IMG/VR virus record: IMGVR_UViG_3300027736_000027
Location: 46,951 to 110,950 of that record
Strand: one strand, 5' to 3'
Source: a virus
Length of the DNA stretch: 64,000 nt
Numbering within the stretch: position 1 is the stretch's first letter; every line of letters begins with the position of its first letter. Shown here in pieces: positions 45,601 to 55,500 of this stretch. The translations under genes and the position numbers were made by a program. The notes beneath the pieces are model-generated. The model was not told where the DNA came from. It made no database searches and saw nothing but the letters and a program-made list of their open reading frames with translations.

Positions 45601-46575
45601 TTATTGGAATTTATATTTTATAATTACTACGCCTGATCCACCATTACCTCCATGTAAATAGCCTCCACCCGCTTCTCCATATCCACCTCCTCCACCACCG
45701 GTGTAATCAGTTCCATCTACTCCATTTGCGCTCGAGCCTCCAGTTGCTCCAGCTCCTCCACCGCCAGTACCACCAGCGCCGGCTGACCCGCCTGTATAGG
45801 TTGAACCACCGCCTCCGCCTCCGTAATAGTTACCATCAATTGCTGCTAAAACGCCTGTACCGCCATCACCTCCGTAAACTATACCACTATAATATCCATT
45901 TCCTCCAACTGCACCAGCTCCTCCACCGCCGCCTGCACCATAGTTACCTTTTCCTAATTCTCCTGTTCCATCTCCTCCTGTATTACCTTGACCGGCTGTA
46001 CCCGAAGCTCCGGCTATTGATGAACCATTACCGGTAACACCCGCGCCACCGCCACCTGATCCACCAGATAATGGTGCGGCATAATGTGCACCACCTCCAC
46101 CTCCACCATATGCTGTATTACTATCAAAAGATGAATTTGTACCAGTACTACCAGTATTAAAATAGTAATATGCACCGGCTCCACCACCACCAACTGCTAC
46201 TGAATAGGTTGTTGCTCCTGAAGATAAAGCATAACTTGTGTTTTCAATGACGCCGCCGCCACCTCCACCTCCACCGATATATTGTCCACCTCCTCCACCA
46301 CCTCCTGCAACAATTAATACTTGAAACTTATTATTTGGAGCAGTTCCAACTGTACTAACTACAAAGTTTGTACTACCTACACTAGTAAATGTATGTATTT
46401 TATAATTACCAGAAGTTGTTACGGTTCCGCCAGTTGCTGAAGTAAATCCACCAGAGGTTGTTGTAGTGGTAGTTGATATAACTGGAAGGGCTACTCCAGA
46501 TATTTTTGTTATAGAGGCTCGAGCAATTCCATTAATTTTAGTAATACTGGTAGTAGCTACTCCTTTAATTTTCAT
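45601..46575 (-). CDS. Glycine-rich (polyglycine-II-type) fibre/adhesin protein
   Basis: HTFT, VLIVAGGGGGG, many GGGGG runs and terminal GGSGVVIIKY. Confidence 0.75.
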   Translation of the reverse strand: MKIKGVATTSITKINGIARASITKISGVALPVISTTTTTTSGGFTSATGGTVTTSGNYKIHTFTSVGSTNFVVSTVGTAPNNKFQVLIVAGGGGGGGQYIGGGGGGGGVIENTSYALSSGATTYSVAVGGGGAGAYYYFNTGSTGTNSSFDSNTAYGGGGGGAHYAAPLSGGSGGGGAGVTGNGSSIAGASGTAGQGNTGGDGTGELGKGNYGAGGGGGAGAVGGNGYYSGIVYGGDGGTGVLAAIDGNYYGGGGGGSTYTGGSAGAGGTGGGGAGATGGSSANGVDGTDYTGGGGGGYGEAGGGYLHGGNGGSGVVIIKYKFQ

Positions 46576-46585
46576 AAACCGTGTG

Positions 46586-49500
46586 TTATAATTCTATCCA
46601 AGAGCTTTCAGGATTAAAATGTATTATTATTTTTGTATTCGTATTGCTGCTCCAAAATGTATGCCCTATTAATCTAACCGCATTTCCAACCGTTGTTGGT
46701 GCTGTTTTAGTCATACTGCCGGCAGTCGTAGCCATATATAAAGGCTCTCCAGATTTTACAACAGCTGCATAAGTAGCAGTTTCAACAAATCCATTAATTA
46801 ATATAGAAGTTGGATTGGTTGATGTTGAAGATTTAACACAAATACCTAACATATTAAATGCAGCTGCTGAGTTTGCTGCGGTTGCATCAGCTAATATCCA
46901 AGTGTTGGTTTGTGTCCTATAACATAATTGGCCAAAGGTAATTGTTCCTCCTGCTGTTTCTGAATATAGTACAGTACCTTGATAATAATTACTAGTCCAT
47001 GAATTTAAATCTCCAAGTACAGAGGTTACTCCATCTTGTATTGTTCCAGCTAATGGAGTTGGATTATATCCAGCAACTAATGAAGTTGTTGTCGCTTTTA
47101 TATTAGTTCCATCATCCGTTATTGTTGAATTACCAACAGTTGAAGAAGATGTGAATTTAACAAGGGTATTATTTGTTCCAGAAACAGCAACAGAAGTACC
47201 GCTAGAACCTGAAGTTCCAGAAGAACCACTTGACCCATTTGAACCAGTTGCACCACTAGAACCTGAAGTACCACTAGACCCACTTGAACCAGTTGCACCA
47301 CTTGATCCACTAGAACCTGAAGAACCAGAAGTTCCAGAAGAACCGTTTGACCCGGTTGCGCCACTAGAACCTGAAGAACCTGAAGTTCCACTTGAACCAT
47401 TTAAACCGTTTGAACCAGTTGCACCGGACGTACCGCTAGAACCTGAAGAACCTGAAGTTCCGCTTGAACCGTTTGAACCAGTTCCGCCTGATGTACCAGA
47501 AGTTCCATTTACTCCAGAAATACCTGAAGTACCTGAACTGCCACTAATACCAGAAGTTCCACTTGAACCGCTTGAGCCTGATGTTCCTGAACTACCGCTT
47601 GAACCTGAGCTGCCGCTTGTTCCACTTGAACCAGAAGAGCCTGATGTTCCAGAGCTACCGCTTGAACCTGATGTTCCACTAGAGCCATTTGACCCAGTTG
47701 CACCTGACGTACCAGAGGTTCCGCTTGAACCATTTATACCAGAAGTTCCACTTGAACCTGACGAACCTGAAGAACCGGAAGTTCCTGAACTACCACTAGA
47801 ACCTGAAGAACCTGAACTACCGCTTGAGCCTGAAGAACCAGAAGTTCCACTTGAACCTGAAGTTCCGCTTGAACCATTTGCACCGTTTAAGCCAGACGTA
47901 CCACTTGAACCTGAGTTACCGGAAGTTCCACTTGACCCGCTAGAACCTGAATTACCAGAAGTACCGCTTGAACCATTTGCACCAGAAGTACCAGAAGTTC
48001 CATTTACTCCAGAAATACCAGAAGTACCACTTGAACCGCTTAAACCTGATGTTCCAGAACTACCACTTGAACCTGAAGAACCAGAAGTTCCACTTGAACC
48101 AGAAGTTCCGCTTGAACCTGAACTACCACTTGAACCTGATGTACCTGAGCTACCACTTGAACCAGAAGTTCCAGATATTCCAGATGTTCCACTTGAACCT
48201 GATACGCCTGATGTTCCAGAACTACCGCTTGAACCGGAAGAACCTGAACTACCGCTTGAACCTGAAGAACCGGAAGTCCCACTTGAACCTGAAGTTCCAG
48301 AGCTACCGCTTGAACCTGATATACCAGAAGTTCCACTAGAACCATTTATACCAGAAGTACCGCTTGATCCTGAACTACCACTTGAACCTGATGTACCTGA
48401 GCTACCGCTTGTTCCACTTGAACCAGAAGAACCAGAAGAACCGTTTGAACCAGTTGCACCAGATGTACCAGATGTACCATTTATTCCTGAAATACCAGAA
48501 GTACCGCTTGAACCTGAAATACCAGAAGTACCGCTTGAGCCTGAACTACCGCTTGAGCCTGATGTTCCACTTGAACCACTTGACCCAGAAGTTCCACTTG
48601 AACCTGAGATACCGCTTGTTCCACTTGAACCAGAAGAACCTGATGTTCCACTTGACCCGGAACTACCGCTTGAACCAGAAGTTCCGCTTGAACCGCTTGA
48701 TCCAGAAGTTCCGCTTGATCCAGATTCACCACTTGAACCAGAAGAACCTGAACTACCACTTAAACCTGAGCTACCGCTTGTTCCACTTGAACCAGAAGTT
48801 CCAGAAGAACCATTTATACCAGAAGTTCCTGAACTACCGCTTGAGCCGGAAGTTCCACTAGAACCATTAGACCCAGATGTTCCAGAAGAACCTGAAGTTC
48901 CACTTGAACCATTTATACCAGAAGTACCGCTTGAACCCGATGTTCCGTTTATTCCTGAAATACCAGAAGTACCGCTTGAACCTGATATACCGCTTGAACC
49001 AGAAGAACCAGAAGTACCGCTTGAACCTGACGAACCGCTTGAACCTGAACTACCGCTTGAACCTGAAGTTCCAGAAGAACCAGCTGTACCAGAAGTACCG
49101 CTTGAACCAGAAGTTCCACTAGAACCAGAAATACCGCTTGAACCGCTTGAACCGGACGAACCACTTGAACCTGATATACCAGAAGTTCCGCTTGAACCTG
49201 AACTACCGCTTGAACCTGAAGAACCGGAAGTACCATTTATTCCTGAAATACCAGAAGTTCCGCTTGAACCACTTGAACCAGAAGTTCCAGAAGTTCCACT
49301 AGAACCAGAAGAACCTGATGTTCCACTAGAACCAGAAGTTCCACTAGAACCAGAAGTTCCACTAGAACCAGAAGAACCAGAAGTTCCACTAGAACCACTT
49401 GAACCTGAAGTTCCACTTGAACCATTTATACCCGAAGTTCCTGAACTACCATTTATACCTGACGTTCCTGAACTGCCGCTTGAACCAGAAGTTCCACTTG

Positions 49501-52500
49501 AACCTGAAGAACCTGATGTTCCGCTAGACCCACTAGAACCTGATGTTCCGCTAGACCCAGAAGTTCCACTTGAACCATTTATACCCGAAGTTCCACTTGA
49601 ACCATTTATACCCGAAGTTCCGCTTGAACCGTCTATTCCATTTACTCCGCTTAATCCACTTGAACCAGATGTTCCTGAACTACCGCTTGACCCTGATGTT
49701 CCAGAGCTACCACTTGAACCAGACGTACCACTTGAACCGTTTATACCACTTGTTCCGCTTGAACCGTTTATACCACTGGTTCCGCTTGAACCAGAAGTTC
49801 CACTAGAACCAGAAGAACCAGAAGTACCGCTTGAACCGGAAGAACCAGACGTTCCACTCGATCCTGAAGAACCAGAAGTTCCACTTGATCCTGATGTTCC
49901 ACTTGAACCGTTTATACCACTGGTTCCACTTGAACCAGAAGTTCCACTTGAACCAGAAGAACCAGACGTTCCGCTTGAACCAGAAGTTCCTGAAGAACCT
50001 GATACACCGCTTGATCCACTAGAACCAGAGGTTCCGCTAGAACCGCTTGAACCAGAGGTTCCGCTTGAACCGCTTGAACCAGATGTTCCACTTGAACCAG
50101 AGGTTCCAGAAGAACCATTTATACCGGAAGTTCCGCTTGAACCGGATATACCAGAAGTTCCGCTTGAACCGTTTATACCTGAGGTTCCAGAAGAACCAGA
50201 TGTTCCATTTATTCCTGAAATACCCGAAGTACCACTTGAACCAGAAGTTCCTGAAGTTCCACTTGAACCAGATGCACCGCTTGATCCTGAAGAACCAGAA
50301 CTACCACTTGATCCTGAAGAACCTGAAGTTCCGCTTGATCCTGAAGAACCAGAAGTTCCCGAACTACCACTTGAACCGGATGTTCCACTTGATCCTGAAG
50401 AACCAGAAATTCCACTTGAACCAGAAGAACCTGAAGTTCCACTTGAACCAGAAGAACCTGAAGTTCCACTTGAACCTGAAGAACCTGAAGTTCCACTTGA
50501 ACCTGAAGAACCTGAAGTTCCACTTGAACCACTTATTCCTGAAGAACCAGATGTTCCACTAGAACCATCGGAACCTGAAGTTCCACTTGAACCGCTTGAA
50601 CCAGAAGTTCCACTTGAACCAGAGCTGCCACTTATTCCACTTGAACCTGATGTTCCGTTTATTCCTGAAATACCAGAGGTTCCAGAAGAACCAGTTGCAC
50701 CGCTTGAACCAGAAGTACCCGAAGTTCCTGAGCTACCGCTTGAACCTGATGTTCCACTTGAACCGCTTGATCCAGAAGTTCCAGAAGAACCAGATGTTCC
50801 TGAACTACCACTTGAACCGGCTGTTCCACTTGAACCAGAATTTCCACTAGAACCAGAAGTTCCACTAGATCCATCAAAACCAGAAGTTCCAGAAGAACCA
50901 GAAGTTCCGCTTGAGCCTGAAGTTCCTGAGCTACCGCTTGAACCAGAGGTTCCGCTAGTCCCACTTGAACCTGAAGTTCCAGTAGTACCAGAAGTTCCGC
51001 TTGAACCTGAAATACCAGAAGTTCCAGAACTACCGCTTGAACCATCTGAACCAGAAGTTCCTGAACTACCGCTTGAACCAGATGCACCACTTGATCCTGA
51101 AGAACCAGAAGTTCCACTAGAACCAGATGTACCATTTATTCCGGATATACCAGAAGTACCAGAAGAACCGGAATTTCCGGAACTACCACTTGAACCAGAG
51201 GTTCCACTTGAACCTGAAGAACCAGAAGTTCCACTTGAACCTGAAGAACCAGAAGTTCCAGAAGTTCCAGAACTACCGCTTGAACCAGAAGTTCCACTAG
51301 ATCCATCAAAACCAGAAGTTCCGCTTGAACCGGAAGTTCCTGAAGAACCTGAAATACCAGAAGTTCCTGAAGAACCTGATGTTCCGCTTGAACCTGAATT
51401 ACCGGAACTACCACTTGAACCAGAAGAACCAGAAGTTCCATTTATTCCAGAAATACCTGAAGTACCACTTGAACCATTTATACCAGATGTTCCTGAAGAA
51501 CCAGAAGTTCCACTTGAACCTGAAGAACCAGAAGTTCCTGAAGAACCGCTTATTCCTGAAGAACCTGATGTTCCCGAACTACCACTTGAACCAGAAGTTC
51601 CTGAACTACCACTTGAACCAGAAGTTCCACTAGAACCATCAAAACCAGAAGTTCCACTTGAACCTGAAGTTCCACTAGAACCATCGGAACCTGAAGTTCC
51701 ACTTGAACCTGAAATACCAGAAGTTCCTGAAGAACCAGAGGTTCCTGAAGAACCAGATGTACCATTTATACCTGAAATACCTGAAGTTCCACTTGAACCG
51801 GAAATACCAGAAGTGCCGCTTGAACCATTTAAACCTGAAGTTCCACTAGAACCTGATGTACCAGATGTGCCGCTTGAACCTGAAGAACCTGAACTACCAC
51901 TTGAACCGGAAGAACCATCATTACCAGAAGTTCCACTTGAACCTGAAGTTCCAGAAGAACCAGAAGTCCCACTTGAACCTGATATACCAGAAGTTCCTGA
52001 GCTACCGCTTGAACCTGATATACCAGAAGTTCCTGAGCTACCGCTTGATCCTGAAATTCCACTTGAACCAGATGTACCATTTACTCCAGAAATACCTGAT
52101 GTTCCAGAAGAACCATTTATACCAGAGGTACCACTTGAACCTGAAGAACCAGAACTACCGCTTGAGCCTGAAGAACCAGAAGTTCCACTTGAACCAGAAG
52201 TTCCTGAGCTACCGCTTGAGCCTGAAGAACCAGATGTGCCGCTTGAACCTGATGTACCAGAAGACCCGTCTATTCCACTTGATCCAGAAGTTCCGCTTGA
52301 ACCTGAAGAACCAGAAATTCCACTTGAACCGGAAGTACCGGAAGTTCCACTTGAACCATTTATACCAGAAGTACCACTTGAACCTGAAGAACCGGATGTA
52401 CCATTTATTCCTGAAATACCAGATGTTCCACTAGAACCATTTATACCGGATGTTCCCGAACTACCACTAGAACCAGAGGTTCCGCTTGAACCAGAAGAAC

Positions 52501-55500
52501 CAGAAGTTCCACTTGAACCTGAAGAACCAGAACTACCGCTTGAACCATCTGAACCTGAAGTTCCTGAGCTTCCACTTATTCCTGATGTTCCACTTGAGCC
52601 ATCTGAACCAGATGTTCCACTTGATCCAGCTAAACCAGAAGTTCCGCTTGATCCGCTTGAACCAGATGTACCGCTTGAACCCGATGTTCCACTTGAACCT
52701 GAACTACCACTTATTCCGCTTGATCCTGAAGTACCGTTTATTCCAGAAATACCTGACGTTCCACTTGAACCGTTTATACCAGAAGTACCACTTGAACCTG
52801 AAGAACCAGAACTACCACTAGAACCAGAGGTTCCACTTGAACCAGAAGAACCAGAAGTTCCACTTGAACCGGAAGTTCCAGAAGAACCAGAAGTCCCACT
52901 TGAACCAGAAATACCTGAACTACCACTAGATCCATCGGAACCAGATGTTCCGCTTGAACCTGAAATACCAGAAGTTCCGCTTGATCCAGAAGTTCCTGAA
53001 CTACCACTTGAACCTGAAATACCACTTGAACCGGATGTACCACTTGAACCGGATGTTCCATTTACTCCAGAAATACCAGAAGTTCCACTTGAACCATTTA
53101 TACCAGAGGTTCCGCTTGAACCAGAAGAACCAGAAGTTCCACTTGAACCTGAAGAACCAGAAGTTCCACTTGAACCTGAAGTTCCTGAAGAACCAGAGGT
53201 TCCTGAAGATCCAGCTGTTCCACTTGATCCAGAAGAACCAGAAGTTCCACTTGAACCGTTTATACCAGATGTTCCACTAGAACCAGAAGTTCCGCTTGAA
53301 CCATCTGACCCGGCTGTTCCTGAAGTACCGTTTGAGCCTGAAGTTCCTGAGCTACCGCTTGAACCAGAGCTACCACTTATTCCACTTGACCCTGATGTAC
53401 CATTTATTCCAGAAATACCTGAAGTACCGCTTGAACCGTTTATACCCGAAGTTCCACTTGAACCTGAAGAACCGGAAGTTCCACTTGAACCTGAGCTACC
53501 ACTTGTTCCACTTGAACCTGATGCACCTGATGTACCAGAAGTTCCTGAGCTACCGCTTGAGCCTGAAGAACCAGATGTGCCGCTTGAACCTGATGTACCA
53601 GAAGACCCGTCTATTCCACTTGATCCAGAAGTTCCACTTGAACCGGAAGAACCAGATTCACCGCTTGAACCAGAAGTTCCGCTAGAGCCTGAACTACCTG
53701 AAGTTCCACTTGAACCGGAAGTTCCATTTACTCCAGAAATACCGGATGTACCGCTTGAACCATTTATACCACTTGTTCCGCTTGAACCAGAAGTTCCACT
53801 AGAACCGCTTGAACCAGAAGTTCCGCTTGAACCAGATTCACCACTTGAACCGCTTGATCCTGAGGTTCCGCTTGAACCAGATGTTCCACTTGAACCTGAT
53901 ATACCAGAGGTTCCACTTGAACCAGATGACCCATCAAAGCCTGAAGTTCCACTTGAACCAGATGTACCGCTTGAACCGCCTATACCACTAGATCCAGAAG
54001 TTCCACTTGAGCCATTTATACCTGATGTACCACTTGAACCAGAAGAACCGGCCGTACCGTTTATTCCTGAAATACCAGAAGTTCCAGAAGAACCATTTAT
54101 ACCGGATGTTCCAGAACTACCACTTGAGCCAGATGCACCACTTGAACCTGAAGAACCAGATGTACCACTTGAACCTGAAGAACCTGATGTTCCAGAAGAA
54201 CCATCAGAACCGGAAGTTCCTGAACTACCACTTATTCCGGATGTTCCACTTGAACCATCTGAACCAGATGTTCCACTAGAACCAGCTAAACCAGAAGTTC
54301 CACTAGAACCAGCTAAACCAGAAGTTCCACTTGAACCGGAAGTTCCAGAGCTACCACTTATTCCGGATGTTCCACTTGAACCTGAAGTACCGTTTATTCC
54401 AGAAATACCTGATGTTCCACTTGAACCGTTTATACCAGACGTACCACTTGAACCTGATGTTCCGGAACTGCCGCTTGAACCTGATGTTCCACTTGAACCG
54501 TCTATTCCTGAAGAACCAGAAGTTCCACTAGAACCGGATATACCTGAAGTTCCTGAGCTACCGCTTGAACCATCAGAACCTGAACTACCGCTTGAACCGG
54601 ATATACCAGATGTACCGGAGCTACCGCTTATTCCTGAAGTACCACTTGAACCTGAAATACCACTTGAACCGGATGTACCACTTGAACCGGATGTACCACT
54701 TGAACCGGATGTACCATTTACTCCAGAAATACCCGATGTTCCAGAAGAACCATTTATACCAGATGTTCCACTTGAACCTGATGTACCAGAAGAACCAGAT
54801 TCACCACTTGAACCAGAAGAACCAGAAGTTCCACTAGAGCCTGAACTACCGCTTGACCCATCAGAACCGGAAGTTCCACTTGAACCTGCTGTACCAGAAG
54901 TACCGCTTGAACCTGAACTACCACTAGATCCATCGGACCCAGAAGTTCCACTTGAACCATCAGAACCGGAAGTTCCTGAGCTTCCACTTATTCCTGATGT
55001 TCCAGAAGAACCGGAAATTCCACTTGAACCAGAAGTTCCGTTTATTCCAGAAATACCAGAAGTCCCACTTGAACCTGAAATACCTGAGCTACCGCTTGAA
55101 CCATCATTACCTGATGTACCGGAAGTTCCACTTGAACCTGATATACCTGATGTTCCAGAACTGCCGCTTGAGCCTGAACTGCCGCTTGAGCCGGATATAC
55201 CGGAAGTTCCGGAGCTACCGCTTGAACCATCAAAACCTGAAGTTCCACTTGAACCGGATATACCAGATGTACCAGAGCTACCGCTTATTCCTGAGGTTCC
55301 ACTTGAACCTGAAATACCGCTTGAACCTGATGTACCATTTATTCCAGAGATACCTGATGTTCCGCTTGAACCATTTATACCACTTGTTCCACTTGAACCT
55401 GATGTACCAGAAGAACCGTCTGAACCAGATGTTCCAGCTGTACCGGATGTACCTGAAGAACCAGATATACCGCTTGAACCTGAAGTACCAGAGCTACCAC